Below, piece by piece: positions 39,901 to 46,364 of a DNA stretch of 64,000 bases. Each line of letters opens with the position of its first letter. Positions within the stretch are counted from its first letter, which is position 1. Both the position numbers and the translations under genes were made by a program. Origin of the DNA: an uncultured Leptospirales bacterium (GTDB lineage: Bacteria; Spirochaetota; UBA4802; UBA5550); the NCBI GenBank assembly GCA_964392365.1, contig CAYMPH010000010.1:69387-133386 (forward strand). The letters run 5' to 3'. Under the pieces are notes generated by a model. The model was not told the origin of the DNA. It made no database searches and worked only from the letters and a program-made list of their open reading frames with translations.

Positions 39901-41346
39901 ACAACAAGAACAAATGAATATACAAACCAGTTTAAATATGACAATATTGGAAACATAACCGAGAAAAACCAGACACACAGGGCAAAATACGCAGATACAG
40001 GGAAAACAGCAACTATTGAAGAAACAACATATACACTGAAATATACATACGGAGCAAAACCGCACGCAGTGACAAGTGACGGAGCAATAAACGGAGCAGA
40101 CAAGCTTGACCAGCCCAGAACCTACTCATATGATGACAACGGAAACATGATTGCATGGAGCGAAAAAGGAACCGGCAGAAACAGAACCATGGCATGGGAT
40201 GAAGAAAACAGGCTTACAAAAGTTACAGATGCAAGCATAACAGAATTTAAATACGATGACACAGGCATGAGAATATCCAAAAAAGGAAACTCTGGCGAAG
40301 TACTGTACGTGAACCCTAACTACACAATACGGGACGGGGGAATAATAAGCAAACATGTGTTTGCAGGAAATACACGAGTAGCATCTAAGGTAGCTTCAAG
40401 TGAAGCTGGAGGCACATACTACTACCATGCAGACCATCTTGGCTCAAGTTCTGTTGTAACAAACCAGACTGGTGCTTACCATGAGTCGCTTGAGTACTTC
40501 CCGTATGGGGAAACATGGGTTCATGAGAAGGCGAATTCGAAGGGGTTTACTACGCCCTATCAGTTTACCTCAAAGGAACTTGATCCGGAGACAAATCTTT
40601 ACTACCACGGTGCACGGTATAGGGATGCAAGGCTGAATAACTGGTTGAGTCCTGATCCGATATTAAATTCATATCTGCCAAGTGGGAACAAGGATAAAAA
40701 TTCAAAATTGCCAGGACATGGTGGAGTTTACAATTCTGTGAATTTAAATCTATATCATTATGCAGGGAATAATCCGGTTATTTATGTTGATCCAGACGGA
40801 AGGGCACATAAAAACCTTAGGAATGAAGTTTATGGCACTCTTACTTATGATAAAGGTTTAAAAATGTTTAGATCAACATTAAACGGTAAAGAAATTCTTT
40901 TTTCAAGAGAAAATAAAACACCTAAAGAGCTTCGTGAAATGATAGCTAATACCAGATTAGAAACTTTTGAAGTAATAAAAGATTTAATGAAAGATGCAAA
41001 ATTGGATGGAGTGATATTACGATCTTTATATCGAGAAGGGCCTAATGATTCTCATGGGAAGGGTTTAGGTGTCGATATGATTGCAGCTAAAGGAAAATCA
41101 TCGGGAGGGGCTTGGACTATGCTTCAAGATAATATCAAGAATGAGCCAAAATCTCAACCTCAAATAGCACAAGATATAACTGCATGGCTGACAAGTGGAA
41201 GTATTGGAAGGGTAGATACAGGACAAATTTTAACTCCTTGGACTATGTATGGGAAAGATAATACATGGAGAACCAATGATCCAACTGGTCAACATGCTGA
41301 ACATAATCATCATTTCCATTTTAAAGCAATAAGAAAAGAGGACTGA
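30958..41346 (+). CDS. Lipoprotein-type SpvB/TcdB-Rhs polymorphic toxin (~3460 aa) with an M15-like metallopeptidase C-terminal domain
   Basis: Start revised to ATG 30958 (MMSKEKIIKLIAAILVVTAFFPGC lipobox). SpvB motif GRNGMQPDVAIRYNSSGGNSWLGLGW, FG-GAP DxNGDGxxD repeats, YD repeats, Rhs core YHADHLGSS...ELDPETNLYY...NNPVIYVDPDG. Confidence 0.9.
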   Translation: MMSKEKIIKLIAAILVVTAFFPGCFENITGGSSTTQSPYQEEADIRLIPAQIIATDAEALKLFDSNNESVYAPIETKEIVIQYPSKRKISRLKVFGRSSYSITVYKGSGEKKEVINDLKYTGTDVFPTWNAIESLKPISTDTITLEITPLDSSNNGIKEIEIWSRDTGVVGSYKTDTDLSEVKTADDMESRVSKNSDNIKTFSSSGDISFSNKTEADPASVTVNVDIDPVLIKRAYITYTGVNIKTPAGVKTRINGSSWLGGNIEPDGGSAGETKLSLEINPAWLKQGTNSIDFSSLKSDISIKKLKIAVEFENGYNHITSVSDTNAFDRNTSTNAEINFDKPNFDINFGRKIESEYLYINFSGTGNSPFKIQSEKDNIWIDCSEQLNQSEFKAGWNKIKMQDGLSTRAIRIKFNSETAFKSEIAEVRVSGSQSGNSALPEIITSFPRNGEYFSRNASILGFVKPVNGDLGTDKINIADKAVKGISADGVMNFILAKEEAGFSAQADNDAWKAILIFNNGTQYSTKNLDLTLNLNNANTGSTTGTGTTGTTTGGSGTTTDTVSTDTEFRTIVDPKTSKSITYQDMTLDIPAGSVDKAVEIKIIPLNEKDLPKLDPGMTNVTTPFAGYRFLPHGSFKKDLTLKLGYAKNKIPAGHKEKDIVSFFFDENERKWKKLDTIQIDSTRMMVLSATNHFTDIINATLTTPEHPDPLSYNPNSIKDIKAGDPSSGMNMIEAPKASNTGDAGLAYPIEIPKGRNGMQPDVAIRYNSSGGNSWLGLGWDIHVSTIAVDTTFGVPRGNPTYTLDGTKLVYDTATQTYRPRVEGSFAKIEKKGDTWVVTDKNGTRSIYGETGNSKLNSRQWNLEKIIDANGNYIRYEYIKDSTDGVWLYLSKISYTGTGGNDGPYSVNFITENSRPDKTTNLRMGFKTALRWKLKEIEVRYKDQLIRKYSLQYKAADRFNKTLLEKIMQLGPNNETFNEHTFEYYDDIAETGADSEFRSVGTILNQDGQTNLLSSDGWDLGTSFVLAISPFSAGLNTSFGLKIGFGGGETFTRGVFMDIDGDGLPDYVFTLNNVAYYRKNSLSDKGIPTFSKPIPIDTLTQFHHLGSESNFGFNLGVMGSFIYLGGGGQISFSWSTGTGYFADANGDGLIDFVYNGDVYFNTLVDGKPTFSLNCPVDSGLTETTADFSATRTFLPDELKKENLLKKFYRDDPLLVWKAPFSGSVRIKGNPRLLPTKPLDSLITTDDGVRVSIERDGYVIWQNEITGDDKYNKETFLVGTDSVPVNKGDRIFFRVDSINDGNFDAVAWTPVIEYSGPNTNTTDENGFFPYKYNARDDFNITGNNAELDVPTSGTVNFTGSITKGFKTTDDVSLKIYLITEIRETDANNNPTLREIDRQEIYSKDIDRNSTGTFPVSLTGINVINNIERENGQDPDRNNDPKYARNKILCKIHSDTPIKLKEGINEIKADVAIEYTEAVIIDIDPKNSPTAWNPDDPKSYKPGVISRVSGDKIKDLKAPIPITYTTYPETGDLPPYSWKSDSSDRSGTATVEMNLSMLSNNSPDPFLNLLSDYTGGAKTQQEPLLDPLNDRNYITLAVKIVNNNELVKVVKKKYFIKSNFDSGNDIKFEEQITINPGDEVFCIAASDRSDIQKFVLVISPKITIGSKNFYDAATYLYRAKDKNDPFAGGFRNWYFARYNGENEGPLDPSKMAITNFTDIKVPTSTNCNDLNAQEAANNVIKNFTPMISMVKPTPLRETYPACPLGVKDIDSEGYKQWAAAVEEANRKIWEGHDKSCFIGFVKGNDTDLVISSTRVGQKYIKEDAETLALPVAKSQAGSATGAGRGRGTNKSTFSFSYGGNLMTPVVDLQASVSVSTTDSDYIDLNGDGYPDVIKSGSVRFSRPDGTYQPTESTNYGSFVRASDANNNGFSFPGTSGAHYTPESVFGADGAAEGTKGSNPSVSGNFSYSDYAQSSEDFIDINGDGLPDKVTRNFWSPVTKVKLNNGYGLEECNIALPGANAEGFKKNSSGSFTLGVGVSIDDTKFSFGASATMAEAAAKIDYIDVNGDGLPDKVLKEGATLPYIGFVPSGGDWTVCLNNGDGFDAPISWRGAESSKAISDNSNLTLNAGGAFTITIPIAYVGILINLGINGGGKLGFNTAQAIDIDGDGIVDHVVTNPVSITSKTGGEVRAVLSNIGKTHLLKSVTRPLGGKITLKYKRAGNTQDMPRSRWTMSQVTITDGNTSTYTTKYDYEAGKYDRYEREFYGFAKVTETKTDVDGNPLPEGTNLERNFITENYHQKGLETKSFLRGNGSDKKLYVQTISNYDLADSAGIITTVTERNKSYSPRLRNKTTEYFEDGGSVKSWQTYDYDKYGNVTTFTDEGDGVPKVKALIVYAFNISSYIMNRPQTIQVTGDKLYRHRIGSYDSQGRLTQLTQTDDKGKTAITDMQYDSAGNLIKITGPANESGQRYSETYSYDDTGNISAISDSFGYTSRATYDQKWGKPLSTTDINGNYMTYSYDQYGRTKRIYGPNDLGSGRATIEYMYEIAGLTAKCTTTNKPRPESNDTIDAVTTIDALKRVLQTTVTSERNGALGFTSSGGIKYDSLGRVTQQGEPEFNGALGSIKNATTFDYDKLGRVTTTRYPDGKNEKNTYGISGQYLTTLTTDRNGEPKTAYKDIRGRIRAIAENAGTTAYEYNPMGEITAVIDSKTNRTSITYDNFGRRTSINNPDTGLVSYAYDAAGNLVRKVTPNQLKRGAFTSYRYTFNRLDRIDYKDMPSVIYTYGSPGAGNNRAGRIVTVENGNMKEERSYGKMGETVKTVRSIKQANSWTSYEMKYAWDNLGRMTQLIYPDGEILSYTYNRGGLLKAAIGRSKEKTETYVKEILYDEFGHRTKVEYGNGIKSEYTYDPLNHRLNTLTTKGADNKTYQNLTYEYDAVGNIITRTNNGFVTTDKTEKTATQTYGYDNMHRLINSTGTYSNESWIPFNTTRTNEYTNQFKYDNIGNITEKNQTHRAKYADTGKTATIEETTYTLKYTYGAKPHAVTSDGAINGADKLDQPRTYSYDDNGNMIAWSEKGTGRNRTMAWDEENRLTKVTDASITEFKYDDTGMRISKKGNSGEVLYVNPNYTIRDGGIISKHVFAGNTRVASKVASSEAGGTYYYHADHLGSSSVVTNQTGAYHESLEYFPYGETWVHEKANSKGFTTPYQFTSKELDPETNLYYHGARYRDARLNNWLSPDPILNSYLPSGNKDKNSKLPGHGGVYNSVNLNLYHYAGNNPVIYVDPDGRAHKNLRNEVYGTLTYDKGLKMFRSTLNGKEILFSRENKTPKELREMIANTRLETFEVIKDLMKDAKLDGVILRSLYREGPNDSHGKGLGVDMIAAKGKSSGGAWTMLQDNIKNEPKSQPQIAQDITAWLTSGSIGRVDTGQILTPWTMYGKDNTWRTNDPTGQHAEHNHHFHFKAIRKED

Positions 41347-41349
41347 TAT

Positions 41350-41940
41350 ATGAAAAATATAATAAATATTTCTATACTCATTGTAATAATTTTATTTTTA
41401 TATAATAATGTATTTACACAAGAGTATTTTACGATTGCTGGGGATTATGTAAATTTAAGAGAAAAAGCAAATTCCAAATCCAAAGTCGTTTGTCAATTAC
41501 GTTTAGCTGAAGATATTAAGTTTATTAAAAAATCAGGAATCCGAGAAAAAATTGGAAATATCGAAGGCGAATGGGTATATGTTGATTCTTTAAGGTTTAT
41601 CAATTCTATGTATGGGGAAACATATAAAGGATGGGTCTTAGATTATTTTTTAGCTGATATAAGCAAATTTCAAAGAGTAAAAAATTTCAAAAAATGCAAT
41701 TTAGATGGATATTCCGGTGATTGGCACGGACATTATGAATTTGCAAAAGATGGCAGTTATAAGAGTATAATAAATCAAACTACAAAGATAAATGGATATA
41801 TATATCAATTCAGAGATTTAATTATGTTGAAAGATCAACAAGGAGTAAATAGAGGAGTCTTTTTTATTGATAATAATAATATCTGCTTGTCATCAAGAGG
41901 TTTGAATGGGATTCCAATTCTCTGTGGCAAATGTGAGTAA
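41350..41940 (+). CDS. Secreted SH3-domain protein; probable cognate immunity protein
   Basis: 3 nt after the Rhs stop; signal peptide; VNLREKANSKSKVV...GEWVYV...GWVL SH3b pattern. Confidence 0.7.
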   Translation: MKNIINISILIVIILFLYNNVFTQEYFTIAGDYVNLREKANSKSKVVCQLRLAEDIKFIKKSGIREKIGNIEGEWVYVDSLRFINSMYGETYKGWVLDYFLADISKFQRVKNFKKCNLDGYSGDWHGHYEFAKDGSYKSIINQTTKINGYIYQFRDLIMLKDQQGVNRGVFFIDNNNICLSSRGLNGIPILCGKCE

Positions 41941-42062
41941 TAGTTACAGTTATTCCAGATTGAATAGCGTTTCGGCATAATGGCCTGAGTTTGGCGAAGT
42001 CACGGCTTGCCGGGATTTGGGGCGACCGTTCAGAGAGATCACTTTCTTATTAGGGGATTATA

Positions 42063-42847
42063 ATGTCAGATAAACAAACCTACTATCAAATCATAGCAGT
42101 ATTACCTGGTTCTACTACAAAATCAATTATTAACAAAACCGAATTACAAGTAATGGATTATGTTATATCTTTTTTAAACAATGGAACAATCAAAGAAGGC
42201 TGGGGAGAAAAAGATTTTTCTTATCAAGCTTATGAATTAAAGATTTATCAGACTAAAACGAAATACGCCAAAACTGCTGGTGTGAAACTTGAAGATTTTG
42301 TAAAAAGAGAAAGAAATAAATTTTCATCTTTTGAAAAAAGAGCATCTAATTTATTACATCGAAAAGAATATAGATCATTCGTTATTATGCCTATTCAAGG
42401 AAAGAATATGGAAGCCAGAATGAGCAAAGAATATATAATGAATTTGATCAACGTTTTATAAAGATTAGAGATGCTTTAAAGAATTATGGAACAATAGCAA
42501 TTCGTATTGATAAAGAATTTCCTATGGAACAACTTGTTGCTCGTATTAAATATGAAATTGAAAAAGCAGATTTCATCATTGCTGATTTAACTGATGAAAG
42601 ACCATCATGTTATTTTGAAGCAGGTTATGCTGAAGCATTAAAAAAACCAATTATATATATAGCAAGTGAACAAAGCATCATTGAGCCATCAAATTTAACA
42701 AAAATTCATTTTGATGTTCATATGAATGTCAATAAATTTTCAAATATGACTGAAATGATTAAGAAAATTTTAAATGTTATTGATAAAAATAAAAATATAA
42801 TCTTCAAAGAAGAAGAAGTTGTTACTATAATCAAAGCTGATGAATAA
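42063..42847 (+). pseudogene. Nucleoside 2-deoxyribosyltransferase/TIR-like domain gene split by a 1-nt frameshift near 42400
   Basis: ORF1 ends ...SFVIMPIQG. The -1 frame continues EYGSQNEQRIYNEFDQRF...ADFIIADLTDERPSCYFEAGYAEALKKPII. The 785-nt span is 1 nt short of a whole number of codons. Confidence 0.75.
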
Positions 42848-43031
42848 AAATTGCGATGGTAAAGTATATAGAAAAAATTCCAAACGAGCCGGTGCACCCT
42901 ACTCCACCGGCGGAATAGAGAGTATTTTACAAACAGCATTTAAAAAAATTCACTTCAAACAGAAATAATAATAAACAGGAAAAGACCCTGAGCCTGCGCT
43001 CTGAGCAGCCGGCTTTCGGGTGGAAGTCCAG

Positions 43032-43072
43032 AAGGAGGGGTGCTTTTCCGGCTTAAATGCATCCCTCCTTTT
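43032..43072 (+). terminator. GC-rich hairpin followed by a T-run
   Basis: AAGGAGGGGTGC-15 nt-GCATCCCTCCTT then TT. Confidence 0.45.
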
Positions 43073-43107
43073 GCATTATTGTAACACTGCATATTACCAG
43101 TGAAAAG

Positions 43108-43150
43108 CATCTCGATACGTCCAGCGAAAGGATTGGCCTACTCGATGACC
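43108..43150. repeat. REP-like element (TCTCGATACG...CTACTCGA type)
   Basis: CATCTCGATACG-tccagcgaaaggattggc-CTACTCGATGAC resembles a widespread REP class. Confidence 0.35.
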
Positions 43151-43197
43151 GAGTATTTATTAAACCTGAATTCAAATTAGGATCGCACAGAATTGTC

Positions 43198-44522
43198 GAG
43201 GGTGTAAGGATTTTTGTGTAAATGGCCTTTGATCACATAGAAATCCTGTCCTCAAAGTAAACTACCAATTGATTCAAAGCAGCACCCCAATCCCTGATCG
43301 GCATCGTCCATCTTTTTGAAGCGTTCGTCAAGGCTAAAAACATAATTTTCAGGATCGCATCATCATTTGGAAATGCCGACCTGTTTTTCGTTACTTTTCG
43401 TAGACTGAAATTTAGAGATTCTATAGCATTTGTAGTATATATTATCTTTCGAATATCCGGAGGGTATGCAAAGAATTCGTTCAAATTTTCCCAGTTTGAT
43501 CTCCAGGATTTTGAAATCATAGGAAATTTTTTATCTCTCTTCTCAGCAAATTCATCAAGAGCAGCAAGTACTTCTTTTTCACTTGGTGCTCTGTAAATGG
43601 TTTTCAAATCTGCACAAATTATTTTTCGATCTTTCCAGGATACATATTTTACTGAATTTCGAATCATGTGAACGATGCACAGTTGAATTCGTGTCTGTGG
43701 GTATACAGAATTGATAGCTTCAGGAAATCCTTTGAGTCCATCAATGCAGGCTATCAGAATATCTTTTATTCCTCGGTTATAAAGCTCAGTAATAACACCA
43801 AGCCAGAATTTTGACCCTTCAGTTTCTGCTATCCAGAGGCCTAAAACTTCCTTTTTCCCCTCTAAATAAATTCCTATTGCAGTATAAACGGCTTTATTTA
43901 TCACTTTGCCATCAGTTCTACCCTTAACCATAATCGCATCAAGAAAAACTATCGGGTAGATATTATCAAGAGGACGATTTTGCCACTCCCTGACATCATC
44001 CATAATTGCATTCGTGACTTGACTTACCAGTTCAGGTGAAATTTCAACACCATAAATTTCATGCAGATAGGCCTGTATGTCACGGGTTGGTAATCCTCGA
44101 CCATACAAAGAAATAATCTTATCATCAAATCCTTCGAATCGTCTCTGATGTTTTTTTATTATTGTAGGTTCGAAATCGGCATTTCTATCTCTCGGAATTT
44201 TAATGTCGATATCACCGATTTCTGTTGTTACTGTTTTTTTGCTTTTTCCATTGCGTGAATTGACGGTTTGTTTGTTTTCTGCCTGGTGTTTTTCATAGCC
44301 GAGATGATTTTTCATCTCGGTGTTCAACGCCTTCTCAAGCATTCGTTTTGTAAAAAACTTGATCAGGCCATTTGAGCCTGCAATCTCTTCTGCTGTTAGA
44401 TTATCAAAATCAATTTCATCCAGAAGCTTTTCTACTGATTCTTCATTCTTTATTGCCATATCATTCTCCTTGGTATATCTTATATTAGATATGGCTGTTT
44501 ACACAATCTTTTTTACACGCTC
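43198..44522 (-). mobile_element. IS256-family insertion sequence
   Basis: Imperfect ~30-bp terminal IRs: GAGGGTGTAAGGATTTTTGTGTAAATGGCC vs (reverse complement) GAGCGTGTAAAAAAGATTGTGTAAACAGCC. No matching target-site duplication. Confidence 0.9.
43233..44459 (-). CDS. IS256-family DDE transposase
   Basis: RNG...PRDR, VFLDAI, IACIDGLKGF, QLCIVH and YTTNAIESLN motifs. Confidence 0.97.
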   Translation of the reverse strand: MAIKNEESVEKLLDEIDFDNLTAEEIAGSNGLIKFFTKRMLEKALNTEMKNHLGYEKHQAENKQTVNSRNGKSKKTVTTEIGDIDIKIPRDRNADFEPTIIKKHQRRFEGFDDKIISLYGRGLPTRDIQAYLHEIYGVEISPELVSQVTNAIMDDVREWQNRPLDNIYPIVFLDAIMVKGRTDGKVINKAVYTAIGIYLEGKKEVLGLWIAETEGSKFWLGVITELYNRGIKDILIACIDGLKGFPEAINSVYPQTRIQLCIVHMIRNSVKYVSWKDRKIICADLKTIYRAPSEKEVLAALDEFAEKRDKKFPMISKSWRSNWENLNEFFAYPPDIRKIIYTTNAIESLNFSLRKVTKNRSAFPNDDAILKIMFLALTNASKRWTMPIRDWGAALNQLVVYFEDRISM

Positions 44523-44572
44523 TTTAAAATTTGAAAAGTAATTTATAATAGATTAAATTTTTTAAAAATCAT

Positions 44573-45124
44573 CTATGGGTGTTTGGAAAATACATCAAAT
44601 AAATCTCCAACTCCCTTCTCCTTATCAATTAATTCTCTTATATTTCTTGGTAAAAAATCCCAAGCTTCGTTTATAAATTTATTCCATTCTTCTTGATCTA
44701 ACTTGTCTTTAATCTCGTAACATTTTTCAACTAAATAATTAAAATCATTTCTCTTATCTTTTTTTATACGTTCGACTTCTAAAGGAAAGTAATTTTTAGC
44801 TAAATTTTCAAGAGCTGAATATATCAAAGTTTTCTTATTTATAAAATGTTTATGAATTTTTTTACCATCAGCAGATGAAAAATACTCTGATTTTTTACCC
44901 ATAAGAATATAGTGGATATCAAAATTAGGATATACTTCAGCTATTTTAATGAGCATCTCAGCAGAAGGATTACTTTTCCCTACTTCAATTGAAGAAATCA
45001 TCATATGAGAATACCCAACTTTTTCTGCAAATTGTTTTTGGGTAAGTTTAACTTCATCTTCTCTAAAAGAGCGCATTCTATCTTTAACACTCTCAGAATT
45101 TCTTTTATCTTTAGCTTTTCTCAT
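44573..45124 (-). CDS. XRE-family HTH transcriptional regulator (putative element repressor)
   Basis: LTQKQFAEKVGYSHMMISSIEVGKSNPS HTH_3 motif; divergent from the xis/int operon. Confidence 0.9.
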   Translation of the reverse strand: MRKAKDKRNSESVKDRMRSFREDEVKLTQKQFAEKVGYSHMMISSIEVGKSNPSAEMLIKIAEVYPNFDIHYILMGKKSEYFSSADGKKIHKHFINKKTLIYSALENLAKNYFPLEVERIKKDKRNDFNYLVEKCYEIKDKLDQEEWNKFINEAWDFLPRNIRELIDKEKGVGDLFDVFSKHP

Positions 45125-45157
45125 TTTTTTTCCTTATTTATATATTTTTTGCTTGAC

Positions 45158-45209
45158 AATTCTAATGTAATCATATAAATATATATATTATTAATTCTAA
45201 TGTAATCAT
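45158..45209. promoter_or_regulatory. Two exact 17-bp direct repeats AATTCTAATGTAATCAT (45158-45174, 45193-45209), putative Xre operators
   Basis: Located between divergent genes; the first copy overlaps TTGACA at 45153-45158. Confidence 0.65.
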
Positions 45210-45361
45210 TGTAGCATCTTACTTGAATTTATTTAAAAATGTCAAGTGAAAATTTTTTAAAAAGGAGGCTGAGTAAAATTCAAAAGGATAAAACCAACAA
45301 GCAAGTAGAATTAAAAAAGGAAGTTTTAAAAATCAAAATAAAATAAAAAAAGGAGACCCAT

Positions 45362-46015
45362 ATGAGAACTACAGCACGAAGAAAAAAAGTATTAAAAGTT
45401 TCAACGTATAAATCCTCAGAAAATAATTTAGGTGAGAAATCTATGTTTAGTCTAAAAAAAATTACAGAAGAGGAAATTCAAACAATTAATAACAGAGTAG
45501 TGTTACATTTGCAAATGAAAAAAAAGATTCTCATCCATACAAATTGTGCAAATAGAGGAGATGGTGCAAATCCAGATGATTCTCACTTACTAATAATATA
45601 TTCTCAGATTTTAGCTTTTCATTTAGAATTGGATTTAAATCCAATTCTAAATGATTTATTAAAAAATTTAGGTTCATATAAATTTGTAAACATATTTAAC
45701 AAGTATTTTTCTGAATATGCTGAAGTAATTGATGAGTCACAAAAACAATTTGCAGAAAAAGGTCAGAAAATTCGTATAAAAATTGAATGTTATCTAAAAC
45801 AAGGAAATAAGGTTCCAATCTTTGTAAAATCTAAATCAGTTTATGAAGATTTTCAATTATTAAGAGCTCACGCAGCGATATTATGTTTATGGAAGAAATT
45901 AGATTATAATCCAATTCAAGAAGAGTTTGATAAGGCTTATAATGAAAATCAATATATAGAAATCCTTCTTAAATATTTTTCAGATGAAGTTATAATAATA
46001 CATCAAGTAGAATGA
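45362..46015 (+). CDS. Hypothetical protein with an internal ~90-aa duplication
   Basis: LL...IL...LDLNPI...K...IFNKYFSE (aa 76-118) and LL...IL...LDYNPI...K...ILLKYFSD (aa 166-208). Confidence 0.65.
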   Translation: MRTTARRKKVLKVSTYKSSENNLGEKSMFSLKKITEEEIQTINNRVVLHLQMKKKILIHTNCANRGDGANPDDSHLLIIYSQILAFHLELDLNPILNDLLKNLGSYKFVNIFNKYFSEYAEVIDESQKQFAEKGQKIRIKIECYLKQGNKVPIFVKSKSVYEDFQLLRAHAAILCLWKKLDYNPIQEEFDKAYNENQYIEILLKYFSDEVIIIHQVE

Positions 46016-46075
46016 TTCAAACAGCCTGAAGGGATTTAAAATATCTCTTCAGGCTTAATTTTATAAAAGTGAGTT

Positions 46076-46351
46076 GTGACTATGCAAAAAGAAATTAAAT
46101 CAAACGATAGAAAAGAATTAATTCAAAAACCTGCATTGATAGATTTAAAAAGATTATCTGAAGAGGTATCCCTTTCAGTTCCTTTTCTAAGGCAATTAAT
46201 AACTGCAGGAATAATTAAACCAATAAAGGTTGGTGCAAGATTACTATTTGATTTAAATGATGTTGTTTTAAGTTTAAAGAAAAATAGCAATTATGATTTG
46301 ACTTTATTATTAATTTTGGCAGTCTTGAACCTGCTATTGGTTTGTTTATAA
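46076..46351 (+). CDS. Excisionase-like HTH DNA-binding protein
   Basis: LIDLKRLSEEVSLSVPFLRQLITAGIIKPIKVGARLLFD pattern; directly upstream of the integrase. Confidence 0.7.
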   Translation: MTMQKEIKSNDRKELIQKPALIDLKRLSEEVSLSVPFLRQLITAGIIKPIKVGARLLFDLNDVVLSLKKNSNYDLTLLLILAVLNLLLVCL

Positions 46352-46364
46352 GGTAGGTGAAAAA

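Noticed and set aside
31671-40356. Many antisense or alternative-frame ORFs inside the Rhs gene (e.g. 32073..32744, 39597..40103)
   Set aside because: Shadow ORFs caused by biased codon usage of the real gene; no motifs or RBS.
42395-42410. Programmed -1 frameshift in the NDT-like gene
   Set aside because: AGGAAAG is not a canonical X-XXY-YYZ slippery site and no downstream stimulator is evident; a deletion or assembly error is simpler.
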